Of a stretch of DNA of 64,000 nt, positions 1 through 14,396 are shown one piece after another. Source of the DNA: the human T2T-CHM13v2.0 reference genome, Homo sapiens; NCBI RefSeq assembly GCF_009914755.1, contig NC_060947.1, one strand, 5' to 3'. Both the position numbers and the translations under genes were made by a program. The notes below the pieces were generated by a model. It ran no database searches. It was not told the origin of the DNA and saw only the letters and a list, made by a program, of their open reading frames with translations. Position 1 is the first letter of the stretch; the number at the start of each line of letters is the position of its first letter.

Positions 1-225
1 CACAGGTGAACCTGGAGAACATTATGTTAAGTAAAATAAGACAAGTACGGAAAGATAAATACCACCTACTCTCACTTCAACATGAAATCTAAAAAAGTCC
101 AACTCATAGAAGTAGGGAGCAGCATGGTAGCTACCAGGGGCTGGGGGAGAGGAGGTTGGAAAAATACTGGTCAAAGGATACAAAATTTCAGTTAAATAGG
201 AGGAATATGTTTAAAAGATCTATTT
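1..225 (+). mobile_element. Old L1 (L1MA-like) 3' UTR fragment
   Basis: aacctggagaacattatgttaagt...ggtcaaaggatacaaaatttcagtt, typical of L1M 3' ends. Confidence 0.75.
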
Positions 226-262
226 AAAAAAAAAAAAAGCAAGTTAAGAATAATAGGTCCCT

Positions 263-560
263 GGCTGGGCACGGTGGCCCATACCTGTAATCCCAGCACT
301 TTGGGAGGCCAAAGTGGGCAGATCACCTGAGGTCAGGAGTTCGAGACCAGCCTAGCCAACATGGGGAAATGCTGCCTCTACTAAAAATACAAAAAGTAGC
401 TGGGCATGGTGTCGGGCCTGTAATCCCAGCTACTTGGGAGGCTGAGGCAGGAGAAATCGCTTGAACTCAGGAGGCAGAGGTTGCAGTGAGCTGAGATTGC
501 ACCACTGCACTCCAGCCTGGTCGACAAGAGCAAGACTCCATCTCAAAAATAAAAATAATT
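263..560 (+). mobile_element. Alu (AluS-type), full length
   Basis: Dimeric Alu with A-rich tail; TSD aagaataatagRtcc at 246-260 and 567-581. Confidence 0.95.
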
Positions 561-775
561 TTAAAAAAGAATAATAGATCCAATATACAACTGTTTTCCA
601 ACAAAAGGAAACAATGTGGATATGAGTCATCCTTGAACACTCTATTCACATGCATATCTTTTCGTCAGTTAGGATGATTTCACCTGTAGGTACTAATATA
701 TAATTTGCTTACTCGATTAGCTGGAAGTTCAGAGTTGGCGAGGTGGAAGGTAAGACCTTCAGCAGCGTTGCCATC

Positions 776-946
776 GGAGATGGATTCACTGAGAAGTTTA
801 AAGCTTAAGCTTTAGAGGCAGTCACTTGCATTTTTTTTAAATAATTTCGCCTAATTTTTTATGTAGATTTTTGTATTCATCCTTTTGATAAGACCCACAC
901 TAAATTGTTTAATATTTAGGTCCCAGAAAAGAGGGATCAGTGCTTG
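776..946 (+). mobile_element. MER53-like hAT DNA transposon relic
   Basis: ggattcactgagaagtttaaagcttaagcttt...taaattgtttaatatttaggtcccagaaaagagggatc resembles recalled MER53 consensus. Confidence 0.6.
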
Positions 947-1349
947 GCTCTGACATAACTTAAAAATGAATTTCTCAGCAGTGCATTCCTGATGGAGTCA
1001 GCTCTGCCCGCTGGCTAGCTTGCCTTTGGGTCACGAAATGGCTTGCTACTGCCAACCAGGTGATATGTTTCTCATTCACTTCTAGGTGTTCACTGCCAGG
1101 GTTTGTTCACTTCCTGCATAGTGCTGAACATAAGTTCTTTCTTTTGCAACAATATGCCATGTCCCCAGTCTCTAGGATGATTGCCTTAAGCCTGGATTTC
1201 AGAATCAACTTACTGGCAGAGGAATGGATGTTGCCCCACTGGGTTAGACAAATATGAACCCACCTCTGGAGATGGAGTTGGAGTTAGCTTACCTAGTGGG
1301 ACATGAGTTACATAGGAGGGGCTGACGCCTAAACAAAATTCAGATGTAG

Positions 1350-1755
1350 GATGGGCTAAGATAGTACGGACCAATTACATATGAGAAAAACCTTGCTTGA
1401 GCATTCCTGGAAAGAAACTTCATCATTATTAGGAGAGAACCATGGAAAGTCAAGCTGTCTCTCCCTTTCTTCTGGTGAACATGAACATGGAACCCACATT
1501 ACCCCAGTGGGTACTGGCAGCCATCCTGTCATCATAAAGGAAGCTGAACCAAACATAAGCCCATATATAGTGAAGGGCATATATTTAAAAAAAAACATGT
1601 AGAGAAACATATCTAGAACTCTTGTTTTTTGTACTAAGTCCAAATCCACCCAATTTCTGCATTTACATTTATGTAAGCTAATAAAAGTTCTTATTTTTAA
1701 GCAATTGTAAATTTATATTTTGCCATTTGCAGACAAACACAATCTAATTAATACA
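1350..1755 (+). mobile_element. Old MLT1-type MaLR LTR remnant
   Basis: 3' end aagctaataaaagttc...catttgcagacaaacacaatctaattaataca resembles MLT1 LTR terminus; 5' boundary uncertain. Confidence 0.5.
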
Positions 1756-1899
1756 TTTTTTTAACTCCCATCACTCCACCTACACCAGAAAATTATCATT
1801 GAATTGCAGTGTTATTTTCTACATCTGTTAAGTTTTCATATAAGATTATGGTCTTTATATTCATATAATTTCCGTTACGTCATGAATTTTATTTTGGTG

Positions 1900-2140
1900 C
1901 CTTTTAGATGTTCAAATGTAGATGCTAGGAGGGCTATTGAACATATAAGACTGAAGTTCAGAGAGTGCTCTGGGAATATATATAAATTTGTGAATCATCT
2001 GCATATAAATGGTATTTAAATCCAGGAATCTGGATAAGATCACTTAAGATGTGAGTGCAGATAGAAGTGAAAAGAAGTCCATTGACTGCTTCTTCTTGGG
2101 TGTAATGAATCAATCTAAAAACACCTACACAAAAACGTGA
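1900..2140 (-). mobile_element. L2 LINE fragment covering the RT catalytic region
   Basis: Minus-strand ORF 1958..2149 reads LIQIPGFKYHLYADDSQIYI; YADD at 1994-2005. Confidence 0.8.
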
Positions 2141-4031
2141 TATCATCATGAGCTAAGCTGAGTTCACCATTAGGTCCCCCCATAACAAATACATTTTTCA
2201 GTTTTATTCTTAATATAGGATCCTCTCTTTCTGACTGCCAATCATAGTGGTGAATTACTTAACAAATATTCGTTTAGTCCTTACTGTTTGCAAGGTCTCT
2301 GTAAAGATCACAGGACATATGATAGCTAGCACTGGTGATAGTAACAGATAATTGAAAAAAAACTCAATACTAAAGGAGCAAGGTGACAGGTGAGGGGGAT
2401 AAATGGAATCATGGGGAGACAGATAAATGCACTGGGGAGCAACCATCAGTGGTCCCTCCTTTTGTGGGTACCCAGGGCCCAGTAATGAATGAGAAAATAA
2501 TTAATGATGTTAAAAAATCATCAGCACAACAATTTTTCTTCCTATATAATAACATATCCAAAAATAGAGCTTTTAAAAGTCTGCTGTATCATGTAAAAAT
2601 TCAAAATAGGATATAAAAAATAAGATTCTCTTAGGTGGTATTAAAATCTCCTGTTGCTGCCTACCTTTTTAAAGAAGCAGAATGGCATTTCAGAAAGGAA
2701 ACCAAATCTAGAAAGCAAAGGATCACAAAACAGGTTAACAATAGCTAGAGTTCATGATTATTTTTCTAAAAGTAGCTACTTGTATTTTAGAAATACACAA
2801 AGGGTAATTTAAGAAGCTTTTTAAAAATAATAAAATATATGTCCAGCCCACATTGCAGACCAGATTTAAACTCAGCGAAGTGATCTTTCATACATTATAC
2901 AGTGGCAATTACCATGTAAATAGATTTTAAAGAAAGTAATATATTATTTAAAACCTCAGTGTTATATAAAGCAAGCATGGAGAAATGCTTGATATCTGTT
3001 TTATTTTCAAATCAGCAACCCCTTTACACACAGAAAAGGACAATGACTGCACTAGATAATGTTAATTATATTTCTCATAATAAAGTACAGTGGCCTCTAT
3101 GATTATATATTTTTCCAACAGTTGTGGGAAACATATACTATTCCATATATAATCATAAGTCTGACATTTTTCCCATTTGAAAGCATTTTCCTTTCAGAAA
3201 ATTTTTAATGAGAACTCCTAGAGAATACATTTAATTCAGACTGTTATAAATGACCTAAAATGATAAAAATCAGGATGAATGAGAGCCAGAATTTCCTCCC
3301 AGATTAGGGAAGTTTTTCAAAGTGTCCTTGTGGGAGCAGATTGGAAGGAAAGAGAGGAAGAGAAGAGGAAGGATTTCAAGAGGGTTTCATGGGCCCCACA
3401 AAGGAGACTCAATCTGAAAAACCACGACCAGAGCCACAGTCTGCTGACTACTGGGCCTCCTGTCAAATGAGTACCATTTGTACTAGCATCTGGGAGCCCC
3501 GTGGAGATTAGTAGTGATCACTAATTAAGCCAGTCACCTTTAGGCTCACCGGATTTCTACTTGAGCAGGCACGCCTCTTTCTTGATGCTAAGGAGCCACG
3601 GCACTTTCCTGCCCTTCATCTATGCTCCTGAGTCTGGGCCCATTGCCCCTCTGCCTTAACCCATTTAAGCTGTTTCTATAAGCAGAGTGTAAGGGAGAGT
3701 GGGGGATGAATGGGTTCCTGAACACCAAGTGGGTTGATGGTGCTGTGAAGGGAGAATTCCCCCGACTTTACCCAAAGATAACCAGCTTGAATGTAACAAA
3801 ATACTACATGGACCCCATAAAAATGTATAAATATTTTATATTAATTTTAAAAGTTTTCCCATATTCTTTGGCTGCCTGGGGGAGGGGTGTGTGGGGGTGG
3901 GAAACAGCTTAAGATTCACCTCTACTCATTTCCTTTCACTACAGAATCAGAAGCAAAGAAAAACACATTCTGGAGCATACATTTCTCAAATCAATTATCT
4001 AATTCTCTCAAAGTAAAAAGAAGATACTCTA

Positions 4032-4420
4032 TGCATTAGTCTGTTTTTGCACTGCTATAAAGAACTGCCCGAGACTGGGTAATTTATAAAGGAAATAGGT
4101 TTAATTGACTCACAGTTCCGCATGGCTGGGGAGGACTCAGTAAACCTAAAATCATGGCAGAAGGCAGAGGGGAAGCAGGAACCTTCTTCACAAGGTGGCA
4201 GGAGGGAGTGAGTGCAAACAGGGAAAATGCCAGATGCTTGTAAAACCATCAGGTCTCCTGAGAACTCACTCACTATTACGAGAACAGCATGGGGGAAAGC
4301 GCCCCATGACCCAACCACTTCCCTCCCTCAATACGTGGGGAATACAGGTACCTCCCTCAACACATGGGGATTACAATTCAAGATGAGATTTGAGTGGAGA
4401 CACAGAGCCAAACCATATCA
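4032..4420 (-). mobile_element. THE1D-like MaLR solo LTR
   Basis: tgcattagtctg...gagactgggtaatttataaag...ccaaaccatatca; near-TSD ctcta/cttta. Confidence 0.9.
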
Positions 4421-5279
4421 CTTTATTACTTGGAAATTGGAAACACAACTATCTGTAAGATGTATTCAGTTGTTATTTATCATCTAATAACTGCTGCGTC
4501 CTCTTTGTCTTCTTCTCATTTTATTTGTCATATAAAATTTCAGTTGAATTCTGTTTGTCTTTGTTTCTAATGAATGGTACCCTCCTATCAGCTTCACATC
4601 AAATCATATTAATACCCACTATCAGTTTCCCTTGCATCAAATGCCCTTTTACTTAACAAACATTTCTGAGCTCCTACTCTGGAGATCCTCCAGTAAAGCT
4701 CATGAAGTAGGACCCTCTTCTCATGGTTTCTCATAGTGTTTATTCTTGTATACATGACGAAAGTTTTCATCTATCTTCCTTATGTTGCCTTTCCACTTAC
4801 CAATTCCATTTAACCCTACATTACTTTTTAAAGCAAATGTAAATACTTCATCCTTGGCAATCAAAATCATAATGTGCATACAGACCTTTATCTCCAAACA
4901 CCAACCTCCACACTGTTCATTGAGCAAACTTTTTCAGCTGAATAAGTTCTGGACATGGATATGAATTCACAGTTTTGATGTGCATATGGGATTTGGCTTC
5001 CCTGAGATTAAGTTTTACAATTTCTAAACTGGACATAATAGTTCTTCCTTTATAATTTTTTAAATGACCACAATGCCATTCTCTCAATAAAATTATTTTG
5101 CAAACTATAAAGCATTATATCAAGATCAGTTATTATGTTAAATCATCCTTCACATTTGGTGTTTCCTATGAACACTGGCTTGATCTACTTTGGAACCATG
5201 GTTGCCTGCCTTTTTCTTTCCATCAAATCTAATGTAAACCTAGTGTACATCTAATGACAACTTCAAAACAAATTTCAAC

Positions 5280-5445
5280 TCCTATTGAAAGCTTACTATA
5301 TGCCATAAATAAAGCATTTCTAATGTATTATCTTATTTCATCTTCCTAACATTATGAGATAATTACTGTTAGAATCTCCATTGTATATGAGGAGAGTAAG
5401 CATTCTCTAACTTGAGGAACTTGATCACAGAGGCACAACTAATAT
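5280..5445 (-). mobile_element. MIR SINE relic
   Basis: Degenerate MIR core ctccattgtatatgaggagagtaag. Confidence 0.55.
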
Positions 5446-6178
5446 ACGATAGACTTAATGGTCAAGTATCGGTGGGTCTCTCTGGTTGAAGAGCTTATAA
5501 TTATAATCAATACATTATATTTCACCTCCGAAGCCTCCTATCGACCCCCTTTCCAGTTTCTAGTTCACATTATGCCTTCCTACCTCTGGACTTCCACAGC
5601 ATTAAATCTGTTCATCATGTTATACAGTGATGGAAGCCTTCCCCTAATGGTTATCAGCTTCTAAAGGGAATGAGCTATAATTTCTCCTTCAGTTTTGGTT
5701 TGCTCCGCTGCTCCAGTACTTCCCTGCATGGAAAGCAAAACAATTGATGGATAGACCTCGCCTTTGGTTGATGTTATAAGGATACCAGATATAAGACAGA
5801 AATAATGTACACAGTAAAGGATACTGAAAAAGCAACACCTAACACTGAAATAATTCAAGAATTTAATTAGAACCCAAAGAATTTTTATTTTATTCTCCTT
5901 TATTCTCATTTATAGTTTGGGATTTCTTTAGATTTGAAAAACACAACCCTGCATAAGTAAGGCAGTTCTTCACCAGAATATGTTTCTTGCCTGTTCTGGC
6001 ATGTATAAGCAGTATATCTCTTGAGTTTGTTGGTAGTGCCCCACTGAATGCTAAAATCCTTTTTAGTGCCCTGCTAAAGAGACTTGGCAAGAAATTGTGC
6101 TTACCACGTTAGTGAAGTTATAACTTGTCATGTTTCTAGTTCTATTTGCCGTAAAACTTATTTAAAAGCCTGATTTTG

Positions 6179-6232
6179 AAGTGTGTGTGTATGTGTGTGT
6201 GTGTCTGCGTCTGTGTCTGTGTATATGTGTGT
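6179..6232. repeat. Imperfect (TG)n microsatellite
   Basis: Direct inspection. Confidence 0.9.
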
Positions 6233-6564
6233 TCTAATGATCTGTGTGGTGCTGTTAAAAGTTGAGTTAGTTATCACTGAAGAAGGGATTGCTAGTGTCC
6301 TCATGGAAAAGCAGGTAAATAGCTTTCTATGTTTTTCTTCACTAGGTTTGAGAGATTTAGGAAGGGACACATATTTGTTTGAATTGAACATTAAAACTTA
6401 TAAAAAGGAAACTCTGTATAACACATTTATTTCTAAGACTTCATGTACACACATTTATTTAAACATAAACATACTCATAACAATTAATTATCTTCTTAAT
6501 TAAAATATGTAGTGCAATCTAACCAAGCATAGTAAATGAAAGAAAACACCTAATTACATGTAGT

Positions 6565-6705
6565 TTAACTTCCCTAAGTATCAGATTTCAACTATAAAAT
6601 GTAGTTGTTAAATGCCACCTCACAAAACTTTCACAAGAATTCAGCGAGATAAGAAAATTTCTACCAATGACTGGTACATATCAGGCATTCAATAAATGTT
6701 GGTTC
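6565..6705 (+). mobile_element. MIR relic
   Basis: ttaacttccctaagtatcagatttcaactataaaatg...cattcaataaatgtt. Confidence 0.5.
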
Positions 6706-8319
6706 TGTGGTTCCTTATGACCAACCCTTGCTCCCAATAATATTTTTTTAAAAAGAATCTCCCATACTGAAACAAAGGATAATGGTATAAATTGAAAAGA
6801 AATGACTACTTTTCCCTTAAAAAAGTAAAGAATGAAGAAATGAATATAACTGTGCATGACCTTTACCAGTGTTCTTTAATGAAAATATAAACATCCTTAA
6901 CAATCTGTAAGTTATTGATTATGCCTCTTAAGGAACAGATACAAAGACAATATTTAATCATGCAATAAAAATCTATTTAAAAAGCCTGTAGTGCAAGATC
7001 TTAGAGTCAGCAAACATGTTCTCAGGATATTTGACTTGGTTCTTTCTCCTTTGTCCCATCATAGACTGTGAGGAGTAAAGACCATGAACTGAGACTCAGA
7101 ATTTACATAGATACATAAAGATATACCTACATAATTAGTATTAACATTACTTTGTGATACCTTTTAACCTTCAAATTTTCTCAGTCCTTAGGCTATGACT
7201 GAGAAAGTTGGGCCTTAACTACTGATTAGCCAAAAGACCTTTTAGTGAGTATCTGCCCTGCATTCACCCTAAGCACTATGGGGCATAAAGTATAAGCCAG
7301 AGTTAAATGCAGTGAATTAAACCCAATAAATTTCCATTCATTGCAACACAAATGCAAGGAGATATGGTAAAATATCCATGAGAGATCCAAAGACAAACCG
7401 AGATATTGGCCCTGGCTTCAAGAAGTATTTGGTCCAATTGTGAGAATGCTATTTGGCATAGGTTATAAGTGTCATAGACTTGAAAAGAGAAAACTGTCAC
7501 TGAGCCCAAAGAGGATTCTGCAATATTTCATTAAGTAAATGAGAGTTTACTTTTATCTTTAAAGATGATAGCATTTGAATGGATGGAGTAGATAGATCAT
7601 GGTAATAGGTTATCATAGAAAAGTGAACAAGAATAATGAATCTGGTGATACCTTCCTAATTGTTGACAACTCTATCTAGAAAGATTGTAAATACTTAGTG
7701 ATTCCATAGAAAGTGTGAACTACAGGTTGGTTTGTTTGTCTTTTGTTTTCTGGCGACCGGATCTCACTAGCCAAAGAAGAGGATTCATCCGTAATTGCCA
7801 TGACCACCAGTGCTTAGACAAATCAAAGTCTCTCTGAAAGAAAATAACTGCACAAAGCAATATCTGAGCCCAGAAATGATTTTATGTCGGAGTTTTATTG
7901 CTTAATTGGCCAACCATCTTTCCAAATGCACTAACTTAGTCAAAGTGCATTATATGAGTTTAGGAAATGACTAGGTTTCAAGGTTAGAAAAGGGTAAAAA
8001 TATTACTTTATGTTTCATTGATTATATTCACATATTTGGACCCTGACCCCTTTACAACCATTTCAGGAGAAATATATTGTTTTCATAGAAAAGCATAGCA
8101 CAGATTTTAAATGACCAGAAGATGTGAATTGTCTTTTATATTTACTCTTAATTATATTTTTAAACAGGGCAGATGCTTGGCAAACCTTTCATTAGTGAAT
8201 ACAATAAAAAAGACTGGATATAAAGAACTTGACAATATAATGGTAAATTCAGATTTCTTGTAGACATTTTTAATGTAGGTCATGTAGGAAGTCACCAAGA
8301 TATCTGTCAAATAAAAGAG

Positions 8320-9220
8320 AGATAGTAATGTAGAAATAAATGAAGGCCACCCAAATGAGAAGCAGGAAAAGCTATTTGTTCAGAGCTTGCTAGAGCAAAA
8401 GAGTCAGCCACCATCACTTGCATTTGGCATAACCTCAAAGGCAAGCAGGGGAGTGGGCAAGCTTTATAGCAACATAAAAGGAGGGTGCTATAGTTTGGAT
8501 GTTTGTCCTCTCCAAATCTCATGTTGAAATTTGATCCTCAGTGTTGGAGGTAGGGCCTAATGGGAGGCTTTGGGGTCACGGAGGTGGAACCCTCATAAAT
8601 ATATTAATGCCCTTGGGTGAGAGAGTGAGTGAGTGAGTTCTTACTCTATTCGTTCCGTAAGAGCTGGTTGCTAAAAAGAGCCTGGCACCTCCCTCCTCTC
8701 TGTTGCTTCCTCTCTCCCCATGTGATCTCTGCACAGCCAGCTCCCCTTCACCTTCCACCATGTGTGGAAGCAGCCTGAGGTCCTCACCTGGTGTAGATGC
8801 CAGTGCTATGCTTCTTGCACAACCTGCAGAACCTGAACCAACTAAACCTCTTTTCTTTATAAATACCCAGCCTCAGATATTCCTTTGTAGCATCACAAAT
8901 AGACTAAGGCAGAAAACTTCAGTTATGCCCTGATTAGAGGGTGTTGGCATGGAGAAGCTGGAGGCAGGCTAACTAGAAGTGGGGCATCATATATTATTGG
9001 TTAGGGGGGCAAATTTGTCTTCCTTTAGTTGGTCCCACATTGTAAGTGGAGACAAAAATTAGGGAAACTGGCAGCTATCAACCAAGCTCTGACCATTTGG
9101 GGCCAGTTCCTGCAGAGGTTGTGTTCTGGAATCCTGGACTGATTGATGTAGAGGTTGTGAGTCAGAGTCCTACTTTTATATATGGTCTGGCCCTTGTTCC
9201 TTTGTATATTCAATCTCAGC
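8320..9220 (-). mobile_element. ERV1-type solo LTR (MER89-like) split by an MST LTR
   Basis: Halves 8320-8485 and 8912-9220; end gaggttgtgagtcagagtcctacttttatatatggtctggcc...gtatattcaatctca resembles a recalled ERV1 LTR; family name tentative. Confidence 0.55.
8486..8911 (+). mobile_element. MST (MSTB/MSTD-like) MaLR solo LTR
   Basis: tgctatagtttggatgtttgtcc...aaacctcttttctttataaatacccagcctcag...agactaaggca. Confidence 0.9.
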
Positions 9221-9744
9221 CATAAGTCTCAAATTATTTAAACTTAATGTTATAAATTGGCTCTTACTTTGGTGAAAATAATATTGTAATACCTTTGTCA
9301 TATGATTTCTTCTTTCATTCAATAAAGTCAACGGTTATAACCCCCTTTTATGTGAAAAGTAGCATCTGAACGATCACTAAACCTTCCTCTTATCTAAAGC
9401 AATGAAATGTCAGCTTTATGACAAATTACTTTATAAGCCTATTAAAGCAAATAAACACTTGACAATGATCATTTTTCCATTTAATTTTATAAATATATTT
9501 ATGAAGAAAATAACAATGCCTCTATTTTGCATCAAGTTTGCTTCAGTACCTACAAATATATTAGTACTTACTCTGTCATCACATTATAATATATTGACAT
9601 AATAATATTTTAATTTATTTTCCAGTACAAAATACATTTCTTAAGGGGCAAAAAAAAAAATAAATTCAAGGCAAAGAGATAGAATTTCATGGATTAAAAA
9701 TAATTTTGTATAAACAGTACTTATCTGAGATCACTGGGAAAGGA

Positions 9745-9870
9745 AAGCCATTCTCGTTTTAAAGATGAGAAAGCTGAGGATTAAAGAACTACACTGGCTT
9801 GCCAAAGGTCTACATATAGTCCATGTTATAAATTAGATTTTCTGAATTCTAGTTCCATGTTCTTTTCTCT
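9745..9870 (-). mobile_element. MIR relic
   Basis: ttttaaagatgagaaagctgagg...cttgccaaaggtc. Confidence 0.5.
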
Positions 9871-10249
9871 ATATTATCCATCATCTATATAATTACTAAA
9901 GTGAATAAAATTTTTTCAGTCCTGCAATAACTTCAAATATGAAAAAAGAAAACTAAACCGCACCTGCCATGGCAAGCAAATAAAATGTTACTTAAATTAT
10001 ACACAATACTTTTGCTCTCTCTTCTCCCAGGACCAACCCCTCAATCTCACAATCATGTAGTGGAACCAAGTAGAGTTAAAGAACAACTGTCAATCTATGC
10101 ATGAAGGTGGACAAAATATCAATCCTGACTACAGAGAAGGGGAATAAAATATTAACAAGAACAGACAGTGGCTACAGGAAAGAGAAGCGTTAGAAGAAAT
10201 AAGTCTAAATAGGTGAAATATAATCAACACATTTTACACAGGGCTCCTT

Positions 10250-11492
10250 GAAGAAACACCTTATTCTGAGGCTGAAGCACACACACAAAAAAAAAACAAC
10301 CCACACATCTAGAAACCTAGAACACCTTTTTGTGTCACAAAGTAAGAAAATTCTCAAAGAATGAGGAAAGGGAAAAAAAGAAGCTAACTTGAGTAAATTT
10401 CCAATGGTCAAATCTGAGACACTTTGCTATTAATAATAATAAGGATGACAACAACATTAATGGGTCATAACTTATTAAATAAAATAATAATTTATGGGTC
10501 TATAATAATAGACGAGAGAGAGAGGGAGAGAAAAAGATACAATGCCTTCTTAATATAGAATATCAACTAATAAATGTCAGAAGAAAGAGTAAAGTTCAAC
10601 ATTTTTCAGGAATTTTAATTAAAATTTATACAAGTAACAATCATTAATGGATGCTAGAATCAGTGAATGAAAAGTTGAAAGGGAAGAGGATATTAAAATA
10701 ACTTCAAAGGGCCGCCCCTTCAAATTACTTATTGACTACAAAAGGGAAAATTGTAACCATACCATGGAGAAACCTGGCAGAAACCACTGTATCTAAGTGA
10801 TCAGTCAACATCAACAATAACGAGACAAACCAACACCTTGTACCTCCTGACACTTTGCACTAATAAAAACGCGACGTCATATATGTAGTATTCCTGCCAA
10901 AAATGCATAACCTAAATCTAATAAGAAGGGAATTTCAGACAATTCAAAATTGAGGGACATTCTACAAAAATAGCTTGTCTTAACTCTTCAAAATGTTAAT
11001 GTCATGAAAGATAAAGCAATCCTCATGAACTTTTCAAATTAAAGGAGCTGAAGAAATATGACAACTGAATGCAAAATCTTATTCTAGATTGGATTCGATA
11101 TAAAAAAATAGTTGCTTAAAGGATATTATTGGAATAATTGAAGTTATTTGAATTAAAATGCCATTTAGATGATCCTACAGTATCAGTGTTAAATATCCTG
11201 ATTTTGAATAATTATACTGATTATATAAGAGAATATTTTTGTTCATAAAAAACACACAATGAGATGTGAAACATTTAGGAGAAATGAAGAATGATTCCTA
11301 TAACTTACAAACAGTTTAGAGAGAAAAAAACTATAAGGGGGTGGTGGGGGGAGAGAGAGAGAGAGATCATGAAAGCATAAGTGGAAAACTTCACAGTTGG
11401 TGAACCTGGGTGAAGGAGATGGATAGATAATAATTATTTGTACTGTTGTGACAGCTTTTGGATAGCTTGAAATTATTTCAAAGTAAAAAAAA
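10250..11492 (+). mobile_element. L1MC-like 3' UTR
   Basis: ccatggagaaacctggcag, aaattgagggacattctacaaaa, and terminal gaaattatttcaaagtaaaaaaa. Confidence 0.75.
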
Positions 11493-12291
11493 TTGAAGGC
11501 AGAGTAATAATAAAAAATAAAAACTCTTTCACAGCAAAATTAACTTTCTGCTAGTAGAACTCCTAAGCCTTATTGAGGTAATTAATAAATGTATTTCTCC
11601 TTTTCCAACCTTAAGATCCTCTGAGAATAGAGTCCTTCTTTCAAATCAGTGCTATCCTATAGATTATATATAGGTAGAATAGATTGCTTGAACCTGGAGA
11701 AAAATATTGAATGAAACGTTCTCCAAAGTCTTTGTGAGCAGGTAACAAGAAAGCTGTACTACTCCTTTCTTCCACCAGAGAAATACAGTGCTGGTGTTAT
11801 TGTAATATGCCTATTATGGTAATTTACTTGAATTATAATTAACCTGTCTTTCCTACAACTCTGAAAGCTAGTCCTCTAAACTCATGACCCTCACTTTCAT
11901 ATGCATTTCTTTCCTGCATATAGAGTCTTAATGATTGGAGAGTTGCTCATCATTTTCACCTCTTTCTCAGATATATCCCATTTTAAAAGACCAAAATCAA
12001 TTTGATCATTCAGGAAACATCAGGGTGCTCTACTAAACTTCAGTAGCTATGTGTTCCCTCCCCTACTACTTCTATACCATGAGATATAATAGTGAAAGTA
12101 GTTTCAGAACAAATGTTACTGTATGTATGTAAATGTATGTATATAGAACTTTTTCTATAACTAAGAGTAGGCTCACTCCAACCAAAACCTCAAATTGATA
12201 TTAGAATCTTGATCTTACTATATTCTCTTTTCATAAAGAGGCATTGGCCTGTGTAACATTTCTAACCACCAATCACCTATCTTAAATACTT

Positions 12292-12358
12292 TCTCTCTCT
12301 TCCTCTCTTCCTGCCCTCTCTCTCTGTCACACACACACACACACACACATACACACAC
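12292..12358. repeat. (CT)n-(CA)n compound microsatellite
   Basis: Direct inspection. Confidence 0.9.
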
Positions 12359-12481
12359 GAGAAGAAAGTGGTTCTTAGAAAAATGTTTAAAATTTAGGTT
12401 AAAACATTTATCCATTCAATAATGATGCAGATTGCTTCCTATATGTTCAGCCCATCACATACAGATATTTTTATCTTACAG

Positions 12482-12686
12482 CAGGGCTCAACAAACTTTT
12501 CTGTAAAGGGTCCAGATGTAAATATTTTTAGACTTTATGGATCATACAGCTTCTGTTGTAACTACTCTACTCTGCCCTTGCAGCACAAAAGCAGTCATAG
12601 ACTGTATAGAAACAAATGAGTGGGGCTGTGTTCCAAAAAAACCATATGCATAAAATAAGGGAGAGACCACAGTTTGCTGACCGCTC
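12482..12686 (-). mobile_element. MER58A-like hAT-Charlie MITE
   Basis: cagggctcaacaaacttttctgtaaaggg...cacagtttgctgaccgctc, degenerate terminal inverted repeats. Confidence 0.8.
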
Positions 12687-13548
12687 CATTGTAGTACTAA
12701 AATAGTTTCATATACTGCAAAGATTTACCTGATGGGTTTTAATAGGCTGGGCTTTCCTCAAAGTTTTCTCCCGGGGCTCCGCATTTTTTCCTAACTCATC
12801 CCATTGTGCTTTTGCCTCTTCTTGGTCCCCTATTCCTGAAGATGCCATGCATTCTCTACAAAACTGAACCACAGAGGAATACTTTGAAATGCATAGGGAT
12901 TAATGGCAAAGTAGGTGGTCTACATAAAATGAATCTGTTCTCCTTGCTCTACTCTGGTCAAGAAGTCTCTTCTATATACTGCATGCTGACTAAACTCTCT
13001 CCTTCATTATCAGTGTTAAATAGATTCTTCTTAAAGGTTAGAAAATACCTTTATGTGGAAGTTATTTTTATCAGTGCCCACAACTTTATTAGTAATTAAA
13101 ATACTGTAAAGATATAGTGTTCACAGCTTGCAGAGTTTTTTCATGCATATAATGACTTTGTGTGGTAGACCAGGATGGTAGTATTATTCTTGAAAGATTT
13201 TGAAATTGAGGCCTTAAGACATTCAGAAACCTACCTAAATCTCTACAATTAGAAACTCATCCTGTCTTCAGCTCTTTTCACAATTTAAATTGCTGCAGAA
13301 CGTGCTCTAAGTACTAAAGTTAAGCTCAATAGAATTTCGAAACTTTAGAAGCTCTCATCCTCCAGAACCTTGATGTAATCAGAAGAAAAATAAAGACCAA
13401 GCCCTGAGAAGAGTAGAAGACACAAAGTCTAATTGTTTCCCCTTATTCGCAAAAACACAACTTGCTTTCAGTTATTCATGGCAATATCTTTTGAGTTTTG
13501 CTCATGATAATCTTTCCCCTTAAAAAGGACATGATGCTGTGCAAATTA

Positions 13549-13868
<320 letters not shown>

Positions 13869-14204
13869 GGCTCCATCCTTATTCTCCAAAGGAAAGAATA
13901 CAAAACACAAGTTGAGTTAAAACCAAAAAAGAAGCAAAGAATTATTGCTATTGTAATGATAATAGTCAAAATATTGCTGAAAAATTAAAAGACAAAAACA
14001 AAACTATGCTTTTTTCTACTAGGAAAAGGTAGCTTGGGAGGAAAATATTTTCCAATTTGGTTCAAAAATGTAATTATACTCTCCAAAGACTGTAGGGGTT
14101 CAACTGTTTTCTACAGAAAAATTGCCCGTAAAGTAAGTGAATCAGATAGGTATTCAAGAGTATAGTCTCTATATGTCTCTTATGGTCTCTAAAGAATCAA
14201 GCCA

Positions 14205-14396
14205 GGCCGGGCGTGGTGGCTCATGCCTGTAATCCCAGCACTTTGGGAGGCAGAGGCGGGCGGATCACGAGGTCAGGAGATCGAGACTATCCTGGCTAAC
14301 ACAGTGAAACTCCGTCTCTACTAAAAATACGAAAAAATTAGCCGGGTTTGGTGGCGGGCACCTGTAGTCCCAGCTACTCAGGAGGCTGAGGCAGGA
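14205..14396 (+). mobile_element. AluY-like element, 3'-truncated
   Basis: gatcacgaggtcaggagatcgagac and tggctaacac diagnostics; stops at gaggcagga with no poly-A tail. Confidence 0.9.

Noticed and set aside
680-760. Possible exon ending at AG/GTAAGA (750-755)
   Set aside because: An isolated splice-like motif with no recognisable coding frame or partner exon; it cannot be supported without transcript data.
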